Assembly: GCA_045579885.1 (NCBI GenBank)
Contig: JAZNMV010000196.1
Span: 1 to 43,262, forward strand
Reading direction: 5' to 3'
Origin: Acutalibacteraceae bacterium
Lineage (GTDB): Bacteria; Bacillota; Clostridia; Oscillospirales; Acutalibacteraceae
DNA length: 43,262 nucleotides
Shown here: positions 35,605-43,262 of the stretch, piece by piece
Layout of the letters: each line of letters begins with the position of its first letter
Position numbering within the stretch: position 1 is the stretch's first letter
Notes under the pieces: generated by a model
Database searches by the model: none
What the model saw: the letters and a program-made list of their open reading frames with translations, nothing else
Told to the model about the DNA's origin: nothing
Translations under genes and position numbers: made by a program

Positions 35605-35680
35605 CACCCTCAAAGAATAACCACTACGCCCTCTCCTGCAAGAGTGGGAGAGGGCAAACATGAAGCGAGGTGAAAAACAA

Positions 35681-35995
35681 ATGGAATGGCTGACACCGGT
35701 TTTGTCGGCGGTTCTGCCCAGTTTATTTTGCGGCATTATGCTGGCAATGTTCAACCGCAAGCAGAACCGTAAAGATGCAGAGGTAGAACGCAGAGCGGCG
35801 GCGCGAAAGGAGGAAAGCTTTCTCGCGCTGGAAATGAACATGGCGAATGCTAAACTCTCTTACGCTGTGGCAATGGCAATCAAGCGCGGCACGCCAAACG
35901 GCGAGGTTGAGGAAGGTATCGAGGCCTACGAAGCCGCAAAGAAAAAGTACATCAAATTTTTGGACAAGCTCGCAATCGAGCATTTGGCTGAATAG
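35681..35995 (+). CDS. Membrane protein of the lysis region (holin-like/antiholin)
   Basis: N-terminal TM helix; GAGGTGA RBS; upstream of the holin. Confidence 0.6.
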   Translation: MEWLTPVLSAVLPSLFCGIMLAMFNRKQNRKDAEVERRAAARKEESFLALEMNMANAKLSYAVAMAIKRGTPNGEVEEGIEAYEAAKKKYIKFLDKLAIEHLAE

Positions 35996-36004
35996 GAGGA
36001 CAAT

Positions 36005-36304
36005 ATGGAATATTTGGACTTTATCCGCCCGGAGCTGGTAACGCTTGTACCGCTTTTATATGTGGTCGGCATGATCCTGAAGGATGCGGATTTCGTGCGC
36101 GACAACTGGATCCCGCTGATCCTCGGCGGCGTAGGCGTTGCGCTGGCGATCTGTTATGTCTGCGGTGACAGTGGGACTTTCGGTCTCACGGCAATCGCCA
36201 CGGCGGTCACGCAGGGCATTCTCTGCGCGGGTGTGGCGGTGTACGGGAATCAGGTTTTCAAGCAGCTCAAAAAAGGGAAGGAGGACAAAGAGGATGGAGA
36301 ATAA
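36005..36304 (+). CDS. Holin (3 TM helices, Dp-1-like)
   Basis: LVPLLYVVGMILK...WIPLILG...QGILCAGVAVYGNQVFKQ; charged C-terminus; precedes the endolysin. Confidence 0.85.
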   Translation: MEYLDFIRPELVTLVPLLYVVGMILKDADFVRDNWIPLILGGVGVALAICYVCGDSGTFGLTAIATAVTQGILCAGVAVYGNQVFKQLKKGKEDKEDGE

Positions 36305-37004
36305 CTTTGCTTTACACGGGATTGATGTTTCGGAATATCAAGGCGTAATCGACTGGCAGAAAGTCGCGGAAGACGGCGTTGAATTTGCCATGATTCGTGC
36401 GACGCACGGTTTAAAAAAAGACGTGTTTTTTGAATCGAACATCAAAAATGCGGCAAACGTTGGAATTGCGGTCGGAGTTTACTGCTGTTCGTATGCCACG
36501 ACGATCGACAGGCTTTTGGAAGAGACCGACTTCTTCCTCGACACAATTCGCCCGTATGCGAACGATATTTCCTTCCCGGCGGCGTTTGATGCGGAACAGA
36601 GCAGCCAGTACAAGCTGGGCAAGAAGATGGTCACGGAAATGATTCTGACATTCTGCGATAAGGTTGCGGATGCGGGGTATATCCCGGTGAACTACACCAA
36701 CGCGAACTGGCTGAACAACGTGATCGACAAGCCCGCGCTGGCAGATGCCGGTATCGACGTTTGGGTTTCGTGGCCGAAGAAGGTGACGAACCTTGAAAAC
36801 ATCCCGGTTGACGGCGTGACCAAGCACGAACATACCATGTGGCAGTTTTCGAGCGTGGGTAAAATCAACGGCATTGCCGAGGATGTCGACCTGAACATTT
36901 CGTATGTGGACTACAGTAAGGTAGAGAAGAACAACGGATATGTTACGTGGGAAGAAGCGGGTTCGATTTTGAAATCGATGGGATACAAAGGAATTGTCCT
37001 GTAG
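36294..37004 (+). CDS. Endolysin, glycoside hydrolase family 25 muramidase
   Basis: GIDVSEYQGVIDW, FDAE (DxE) and MWQFSSVG...VDLN motifs. Confidence 0.92.
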   Translation: MENNFALHGIDVSEYQGVIDWQKVAEDGVEFAMIRATHGLKKDVFFESNIKNAANVGIAVGVYCCSYATTIDRLLEETDFFLDTIRPYANDISFPAAFDAEQSSQYKLGKKMVTEMILTFCDKVADAGYIPVNYTNANWLNNVIDKPALADAGIDVWVSWPKKVTNLENIPVDGVTKHEHTMWQFSSVGKINGIAEDVDLNISYVDYSKVEKNNGYVTWEEAGSILKSMGYKGIVL

Positions 37005-37018
37005 GAAGAGGTGGGGAT

Positions 37019-38275
37019 ATGCCGAGCAATTTTTTGACGGCTGACACGTCTTTCCCGGATCTGTCCGGCAATAAGAGTACCAATGAGAAGTTCGAGCAGC
37101 TAAGCAGCTATCTGTTTATGCTGCTCGAACAACTTCGGTATTCTTTGGCAAATTTGGGGCAGGAGAATTTCAACGAGACGGCGTTTCAGGATATCGCAAT
37201 GATTATCCGCAAGCCTGTGTACATACAGTTGGAAAACACAGACAAACAGGTAGCCGCTCTTTCTGTTACGGCGGAGGGGCTATCTTCTCGATTGGGGGAC
37301 GCAGAAGGAAACATATCACAGCTATCGCAGGCGGCGACTGGGTTGTCGTCTCGCGTGGAAGACGCGGAAGGAAACATATCACAGCTATCGCAGACGGCAA
37401 CCGGGTTGTTGTCTCGCGTGGAGGACGCCGAGGGTAACATTTCCCAACTGGGGCAAACGGTAAACGGATTGTTGACGCGCGTAGAGGATACCGAAGGGAA
37501 TATTTCCCAGCTATCGCAGACGGCGAATGGGCTGTCGACGCGAGTAGAAGATGCTGAAGGAAATATCTCTGAACTTCTGCAAACAACAAATGGGTTATCT
37601 TCTCGCGTGGAAGATGCAGAGGGAAACATAACTTTGCTATCTCAAACGGTAAACGGATTATCTCTTACGGTGGATAACGGGTCAAGCACTTCTACGATTG
37701 CGCTTGTATCAAACGGTATAGCTATCAGTTCGCAGAGCATTTCGTTTTCCGGAATGGTCGTTTTTTCTGATCTTTCCAGAAGCGGCAGATCGACGATCAA
37801 TGGCGATAATATTACGACCGGCACGATATCGGCTATTACGATATCGGCGTGTGATGTCAACAGTTCGGTGTTTCGGACAAATCTGGCCGCGAATGGTACG
37901 ATCGGCGGTGAGATTGAGATGTGCTATACCGGAGACCAATATGTTGCCGGCGGGATTCGGTTGGATGACCAAGGTGCTGGTACTGCGATCGAAAGTAAAT
38001 ACCGAATGTTCATCTACACAAATTCCGTAAAAGGAGTTCCGTTTGCCTTAAAGCTTGAATCAGCAGGCAGTATGAGCTTTGAATCACAAGAAGCGATCTA
38101 TATGTCTGCTGCAACCTCGGCGACCTTAATTGGGGAGGAAACGGCATATGTCTCTGGCAAGACCGTCAATGTCTATGGTCCGACTGTAACCATCGGAAGA
38201 GCCGACGGAACATCAACCGTCAACATCAAAGGAACGGTTTATATTAACGGTGAGCTATATTCGCCGGCAGAATAA
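37019..38275 (+). CDS. Tail needle/spike-like coiled-coil protein
   Basis: 21-aa heptad repeats followed by a beta-rich C-terminus; start MPSNF. Confidence 0.65.
   Translation: MPSNFLTADTSFPDLSGNKSTNEKFEQLSSYLFMLLEQLRYSLANLGQENFNETAFQDIAMIIRKPVYIQLENTDKQVAALSVTAEGLSSRLGDAEGNISQLSQAATGLSSRVEDAEGNISQLSQTATGLLSRVEDAEGNISQLGQTVNGLLTRVEDTEGNISQLSQTANGLSTRVEDAEGNISELLQTTNGLSSRVEDAEGNITLLSQTVNGLSLTVDNGSSTSTIALVSNGIAISSQSISFSGMVVFSDLSRSGRSTINGDNITTGTISAITISACDVNSSVFRTNLAANGTIGGEIEMCYTGDQYVAGGIRLDDQGAGTAIESKYRMFIYTNSVKGVPFALKLESAGSMSFESQEAIYMSAATSATLIGEETAYVSGKTVNVYGPTVTIGRADGTSTVNIKGTVYINGELYSPAE
37276..37660 (+). repeat. Six tandem 63-bp repeats (GLxxRVEDAEGNISQLSQTxx)
   Basis: Visible in both DNA and protein. 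Confidence 0.9.
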
Positions 38276-38287
38276 GGAGAAAACACG

Positions 38288-38674
38288 ATGTATTTGATTC
38301 AATGTGTAAATGCATATATTGCGATCAGAGCGCTGGAAGAATGCGAGTGCGAATATCAAACCGCCCACGCGCTGGTAGTGTTGAAACACCGTTTGCAGCC
38401 GCACGTCGAGTTTTTCGCCAAAAGCGAAATGAAGCTGGTGGAAGAATACGCAAGGCGCGAAGAAGACGGAAAGATTACTATAACGGAAAATGGCGGGTTT
38501 GTGTTTTCGGATCCGGCGTTGGCAAATGAGTACGCCAGACGCAGAACTGAGCTTGGTATGGTGCTGGTGGAAGAAGAATTCCCGGTGCTTCATGCGCCTG
38601 CACCGAAAACAATTCGGCCGGTGCATCTGGAAGCGTTGAGTGGTTTTCTTGATTTTGGGGGTGATGGAGCATGA
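38288..38674 (+). CDS. Hypothetical tail-region protein (possible chaperone)
   Basis: AAGGAG RBS; operon position. Confidence 0.7.
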   Translation: MYLIQCVNAYIAIRALEECECEYQTAHALVVLKHRLQPHVEFFAKSEMKLVEEYARREEDGKITITENGGFVFSDPALANEYARRRTELGMVLVEEEFPVLHAPAPKTIRPVHLEALSGFLDFGGDGA

Positions 38675-40257
38675 GCGGCAAATTGCCTGAAATGATATAC
38701 GCCGACGGTATCCGCAAGTTTACACAGACGAAGTTTAAGGGTTATAACCATAATGCGTACGCCGGCGACGGAGAGATCTACGACATGAAAAACATGTCGA
38801 GCGATTTTTACCCGTTGCTTGCGCCGCGCAAACAGCGGTATCTGTACAAGACATTGTCCACGCCCAACGGACTATATGCCAGTGATGGTCTTTATTGGGT
38901 CAACGGTACCGGATTTTATGCAGACGGTGTAAAGCGCGGGACGGTGCAAAACAATCTGAAACAGTTCGTGTCGATTGGTGCGTATATTATTATCCTGCCG
39001 GATCTCTGCTACTACAACAAATTGACGCAAGAGTTTGGAACGCTTGCCGCAAGGTGGACGGGGTCCGCGAAGCTGCAGAGCGGCACCTTTGCCGGAGAAG
39101 AAGCTGTAGGAAATACGATCTTTGCAGAAGGTGCAGATTGGGCAACCATTTTTCGAGTCGGCGATGCCGTGACAATTACCGGCGCAAAGGTACACCCGGA
39201 GAACAACAAGACAATCGTGATTCGAGAAATCGAAGGAGACTATCTGCGATTCTACGAGAACAGTTTTGTGACCGAAAAAAACGGTGATGCCGAAAACTTG
39301 GGACTAACACGCGATATTCCTGATGTACAATATATGTGCGAAAACGAAAATCGCCTGTGGGCCTGTAAAGGCGACACGATCTACGCGTCAAAGCTGGGCG
39401 ACCCGTTCAACTGGAATGTGTTTGACGGGTTATCTACAGACAGCTATGCGGTGAACGTTGGCAGTGCCGGAGATTTTACCGGCTGCTACAGTTATCTTGG
39501 GTATCCTTGCTTTTTTAAAGAGGAACACGTCTATAAAGTCTACGGCGACAAACCGAGCAATTTCCAAGTCATGGGCAGCGCATCGATGGGCGTTGAGACC
39601 GGCAGCCATGCAAGCTTTGCAATCGCCGGCGAAGTGCTTTTTTATCTTTCGCGCACCGGCGTCGTGGCATATACCGGCGGCATTCCGCAGAGTATTTCCG
39701 CACCGTTTGGCACCGTTCGCTATAAGAACGCGGTCGGCGGCAGCGACGGTATCAAATACTATGTGTCCATGCAAGACATGTCTGGCGATTGGACGCTCTT
39801 TGTGTACGACACGCGGTCAAATATGTGGCACAAAGAAGACGCGCTGCATGTTATCGGATTTGGTTGGAACGGTGATCTATACTTTCTGGATGCGTCCGGC
39901 AAGCTTTGGGTCAACGGAAACGCCAGGACGGTTCCCGAAACCGCGGCGGTTGAGCTTCCGGTGGAAAGCATGGTAGAATTTGGAGACTTCACCGAGGATG
40001 ATCCCAACAAAAAGGGAACCTCCAAACTGCAGATGCGAATCGAGCTGGAAGCCGACGCGAGAGTTACTGTCTCCATGCAGTTTGATACTGACGGTCAGTG
40101 GCGTGACGTGACAACATTGACGACTACCAAAAAACGAAGCTTTTACCTCCCGATTATCCCGCGCAGAAGTGACCACTACAAGCTGCGGCTTGTAGGCAAG
40201 GGTGAATATCGTCTATATTCGCTCACGCGGGAAAACTACATTGGAAGCGAGCTTTAG
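38671..40257 (+). CDS. Tail nozzle/stabilisation protein (P22 gp10/T7 gp12-like beta-propeller)
   Basis: DMKNMSSDFYPLLAPR, NRLWAC...IYASKLGDPFNW; beta-propeller-like repeats. Confidence 0.7.
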   Translation: MSGKLPEMIYADGIRKFTQTKFKGYNHNAYAGDGEIYDMKNMSSDFYPLLAPRKQRYLYKTLSTPNGLYASDGLYWVNGTGFYADGVKRGTVQNNLKQFVSIGAYIIILPDLCYYNKLTQEFGTLAARWTGSAKLQSGTFAGEEAVGNTIFAEGADWATIFRVGDAVTITGAKVHPENNKTIVIREIEGDYLRFYENSFVTEKNGDAENLGLTRDIPDVQYMCENENRLWACKGDTIYASKLGDPFNWNVFDGLSTDSYAVNVGSAGDFTGCYSYLGYPCFFKEEHVYKVYGDKPSNFQVMGSASMGVETGSHASFAIAGEVLFYLSRTGVVAYTGGIPQSISAPFGTVRYKNAVGGSDGIKYYVSMQDMSGDWTLFVYDTRSNMWHKEDALHVIGFGWNGDLYFLDASGKLWVNGNARTVPETAAVELPVESMVEFGDFTEDDPNKKGTSKLQMRIELEADARVTVSMQFDTDGQWRDVTTLTTTKKRSFYLPIIPRRSDHYKLRLVGKGEYRLYSLTRENYIGSEL

Positions 40258-40270
40258 AAAGGGGAGACAC

Positions 40271-41839
40271 ATGGCAACCTACACTTATAACGATTTTCTT
40301 GAAGCCGCACGGAATTCGGGATACACCTTTTCCGACGCGGATATGGAGCTGGCAAAACGCAATCCGGATGCCGGTATGAGTTTACTCAAATACAAAACCG
40401 ATTTTTACGCGGCAACAACGGACGAAGCTCGCGCTTTGGCCCATCAGGGCGCAGAAAACATTCGTGGCAAGTACGGCGGGTATACCGGCGGCGGCGACGG
40501 CGGCAGTTTTTCTTTGTTGGATTATTCCTACGACTACGGCGCGGGCAGTAAACCATCCTTTGATACACCGTCTGACTATGGCGTTGGTGAAAAACCGAGC
40601 TATCAAAACCGGTACGACGAGCAGACGCAGGCATTGATCAACGCGATTCTAAACCGCGAACCATTTTCTTACGATCCCAATAACGATCCGCTCTATGCGC
40701 AGTATCAAAAGGCATACACGCGAGAAGGTCAGCGGGCAACAGAGGACGCGATTGGTTCTGCTTCTGCAGCCAGTGGTGGTATTCCATCGTCGTACGCTGC
40801 AACCGCGGCAGCGCAAGCCGGAAACTATTACGCGGCTCAGATGGCCGATAAGATTCCAGAGCTTAACCAGATTGCGTACGATAGGTACATGAACGACTAT
40901 CAGATGCAGAATAACAATCTATCTATTCTCCAAAACGCGGAACAAATGGACTACAACAAATATCTGAACGATTTGGGGCAGTACAACACCGACCGCAATT
41001 TTGGATACACGCAGTATCTGAACGATTTGGGGCAGTATAACTCCGATCGTAATTTTGGCTACACGCAATATCTCAACGATCTTGCGCGGGAGGATCAGCA
41101 GCGGCAGGAAGCGCTCAACTTGGCCGCTATTGCTTACGGTTTGGGCGACACTTCGTATTACCAAAACCTGGGCATTGATCTCTCCAACGATCCGGCGGTT
41201 TACCAGCGAGCGATGGATATTTACATCAAAACGGGGAACACAAGTTTTCTTGAGGCGCTCGGTATTACCGTTCCGAAACCGGTTGTTCCGGTTGAACCGT
41301 CACCGCCGGTTACTACTACCACTACTACGACGACGCGTCCGCAGAGCCTTTCTGAAGCCGGCGACTGGATAAAAAAATACTATGGTACGAACATCAACCA
41401 AAAAGAGTATAAAGAACTCCAAGAAATGTATCCGGGTGTGTCGGTGGCGTATCTTGCTGGTTTGGGTATTACGGTTGATGGTACGACGCAAGGTACTGTG
41501 CTTCCGCCGGTAACACCGCCGCCGCAGCAAGCGCCGAGCAATTCTGCGGTTTGGACACCGGATTCTTCCGAACGTGGTTTTGATCAGTCCAGTGTTACGA
41601 TTATCGGGAAACGGCTTGGTCTCGGAGATATCGATGCAGAAACTCTGAATGACTTGATTGATGCGGGGATAGTTGAGCACTACGTTGCGAATAACCAGGA
41701 CAGATTCCGACTGGTAGATAACTGGGAGACGCTGTGGGCTTTGTACATTTCTGAATCCAAGCCTGGAAACGGCGGTGGAGCAAGCAGCAGCATTAACAGC
41801 AATTGGCGTAATCCAAACGGTACACAAACACAACGGTAA
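40271..41839 (+). CDS. Internal virion (ejection) protein
   Basis: FSYDPNNDPLYAQY...SSYAATAAAQA; 54-bp repeats encoding YLNDLGQYNxDRNFGYTQ (~40960-41082); located between the nozzle and the giant protein. Confidence 0.65.
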   Translation: MATYTYNDFLEAARNSGYTFSDADMELAKRNPDAGMSLLKYKTDFYAATTDEARALAHQGAENIRGKYGGYTGGGDGGSFSLLDYSYDYGAGSKPSFDTPSDYGVGEKPSYQNRYDEQTQALINAILNREPFSYDPNNDPLYAQYQKAYTREGQRATEDAIGSASAASGGIPSSYAATAAAQAGNYYAAQMADKIPELNQIAYDRYMNDYQMQNNNLSILQNAEQMDYNKYLNDLGQYNTDRNFGYTQYLNDLGQYNSDRNFGYTQYLNDLAREDQQRQEALNLAAIAYGLGDTSYYQNLGIDLSNDPAVYQRAMDIYIKTGNTSFLEALGITVPKPVVPVEPSPPVTTTTTTTTRPQSLSEAGDWIKKYYGTNINQKEYKELQEMYPGVSVAYLAGLGITVDGTTQGTVLPPVTPPPQQAPSNSAVWTPDSSERGFDQSSVTIIGKRLGLGDIDAETLNDLIDAGIVEHYVANNQDRFRLVDNWETLWALYISESKPGNGGGASSSINSNWRNPNGTQTQR

Positions 41840-41854
41840 CAGGAGGTACACGGA

Positions 41855-43262
41855 ATGGCAACCTTTGCAGAAGAATTCCGTAGAATCAGACAGCAACGCA
41901 CACAAAACAAAGAGGGTAGCATCACGCTACCCTCTACTGTCACTCAAAATTCGGCAAAACCGATGAATAATACTTCCAGTCCCAATTCTTTTATTCAAGA
42001 GTTTCGTGATATTCGATCGCAGAGAGATTCGCAAACGAGTCAACCGGTAAAACCGCCGACGACAGAGGCCCCGAAGGTGACGAGTTATGCGCCGCCGGAT
42101 ACGTCGGCTCTCGACGGATATACCCAACAGATGGCAGCAAAGCAAACGGAGATTGACGTGAGCAATACTGCTATCGGAGATCTTTCCGGAAGACTAAAGG
42201 CTGCAGAGGATAAGACTGCGCAGCTTGCAGCTTATGCTAAGGCGACGAATAATCCCGCTGTATACACAATTTACCATCAAGCATATGCGGATTATGAAGC
42301 GATTATCAACGAATACAATGCGGCAATCAAAGCCAATGGTGTTTTGGTTGACGAATATAATGCCATCCGCGGTCAAGCGATGGAGATTTGGAACGCCTAC
42401 GAAGCATGGCGCAATTCCATCCGTGGCGAAGACGTCGTTTTGGCAGATGTTCAGGCGCTTGACGATCAGGCGGCAGACCTGAGAAACCAGCGCGCTGCGC
42501 TTGAAAAACAGGCGCAGGAATACACCGAACTGCTTACAATGCGGCGCGGGAATCCCGACCAGATGGTCGCGTGGCAGACACAGCTTGGCAATCTGAATAC
42601 GCAGATGCAGGCCATTGACCAACAGATCAACGGATTGCAGCAACAGAGAAAGCTTTACAACGACGAGTTATACTGGTCTCGTGAAACAAAATATACAGAT
42701 CTCGACCAATCTGTAGACTTCGCAGATATGAGCTCGGCTGCTGGTACGAAAATCGAGGCGAACAGTTCCGGTTTTTGGAATCCCTACGGTCAGGGTGACA
42801 TTGTCTACGACTTTATCAACAATATCGACGGTCTGCGCGGCAAGGTCCGGGCAAGAAATGTCATCGGTCGAGAAGAGTACGGCGAATATACGAAGTACGC
42901 CCAGATGGAAGAATCCGAGATTGCCCGGTATAACTATCTCTACAACACCGAGGGCAAGGATGCGGCAGACAAGTATCTCGAATTCCTGAGTGACCGCCTT
43001 GTGCGGCGTCAGGGCGAAGCTGTGGCGGCGACCAAAGACACCACTTGGGAAAAGCTTGCGTATGCGCCGATGGCAGGCCTTGACCGATTCAAAACGGGCG
43101 TCCAGCAGCTTTTCTCTGAAGAAGCTTTGCCGACGAGCTATGTGCAGTATGCCGGGCAAAAAATCCGTGAAGACATGAGCGGGTTTGGCGGCGGCGTCTA
43201 CGACTTTATCCAGACCATGTCGAACATGGCACCGTCTATTCTGCTTTCCACGGCTGCGGCGG
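41855..43262 (+). CDS. N-terminal part of the giant polyvalent virion protein (continues at position 6; total ~3137 aa)
   Basis: AGGAGG RBS, ATG at 41855 (MATFAEEFRRIRQQR). The frame is open to the window end and in frame with 6..8147 via the 141-nt overlap. Missing from the ORF track because there is no stop codon. Confidence 0.9.
   Translation, partial: MATFAEEFRRIRQQRTQNKEGSITLPSTVTQNSAKPMNNTSSPNSFIQEFRDIRSQRDSQTSQPVKPPTTEAPKVTSYAPPDTSALDGYTQQMAAKQTEIDVSNTAIGDLSGRLKAAEDKTAQLAAYAKATNNPAVYTIYHQAYADYEAIINEYNAAIKANGVLVDEYNAIRGQAMEIWNAYEAWRNSIRGEDVVLADVQALDDQAADLRNQRAALEKQAQEYTELLTMRRGNPDQMVAWQTQLGNLNTQMQAIDQQINGLQQQRKLYNDELYWSRETKYTDLDQSVDFADMSSAAGTKIEANSSGFWNPYGQGDIVYDFINNIDGLRGKVRARNVIGREEYGEYTKYAQMEESEIARYNYLYNTEGKDAADKYLEFLSDRLVRRQGEAVAATKDTTWEKLAYAPMAGLDRFKTGVQQLFSEEALPTSYVQYAGQKIREDMSGFGGGVYDFIQTMSNMAPSILLSTAAA
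43122..43262 (+). repeat. Terminal overlap copy 2
   Basis: Identical to 1..141. Confidence 0.95.

Larger units (their letters stand above)
1..43262. mobile_element. Complete temperate tailed phage genome (podovirus-like), circularly permuted, excised/attP form
   Basis: Integrase with intact attP, repressor/cro, replication, terminase, portal, capsid, lysis and tail genes are all present. The ends overlap by 141 nt. No host genes, tape measure or tail tube gene were recognised. Confidence 0.95.

Noticed and set aside
34850-35660. Diversity-generating retroelement (VR/TR pair plus hairpin)
   Set aside because: No reverse transcriptase gene is recognisable in the complete genome. Differences between the copies include many non-adenine and synonymous changes, and both copies are intact coding sequences.
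37276-37660. CRISPR-like repeat array
   Set aside because: These are in-frame degenerate coding repeats with no unique spacers and no cas genes.
43122-43262. Biological direct terminal repeat
   Set aside because: It lies mid-gene, and 141 nt matches a common assembler k-mer overlap. The terminase type suggests headful packaging.
1-43262. Alternative genetic code or stop-codon reassignment
   Set aside because: Genes are full-length and densely packed under the standard code, ending in TAA, TAG and TGA.

Overview
The window is a complete, circularly permuted genome of a temperate tailed phage of about 43,121 bp. The last 141 nt repeat the first 141 nt, which looks like an assembly overlap. 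The host is probably a Clostridia/Bacillota member, inferred from AGGAGG/GGAGG RBSs, sigmaA-type promoters, a GH25 endolysin and a DinR-like box. Modules in order: (1) a giant ~3,137-aa polyvalent internal virion protein that wraps the contig ends (41855..43262 + 1..8147); (2) an 8-gene accessory cassette of unknown function (8171..11527), followed by a candidate antisense sRNA; (3) attP (3' end of a tRNA, likely tRNA-Leu) and a tyrosine integrase; (4) an immunity region with a short repressor, Cro-like genes, convergent promoters and candidate sRNAs; (5) replication and early genes (SSB, initiator with origin, helicase loader, RusA, dUTPase, chimeric radical SAM, Lar-like); (6) packaging and head genes (TerS, TerL, portal, scaffold, decoration, major capsid); (7) a 1,830-aa adaptor/LamG/CotH-kinase-like/LRR protein plus an LRR paralog; (8) holins and endolysin embedded within the structural module; (9) a podovirus-like tail needle, nozzle and ejection proteins. 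All product calls come from motif recognition by eye; no database searches were run. The strongest candidate for an undescribed system is the 8-gene cassette, together with an sRNA whose 5' end is complementary to three of its ribosome-binding sites.
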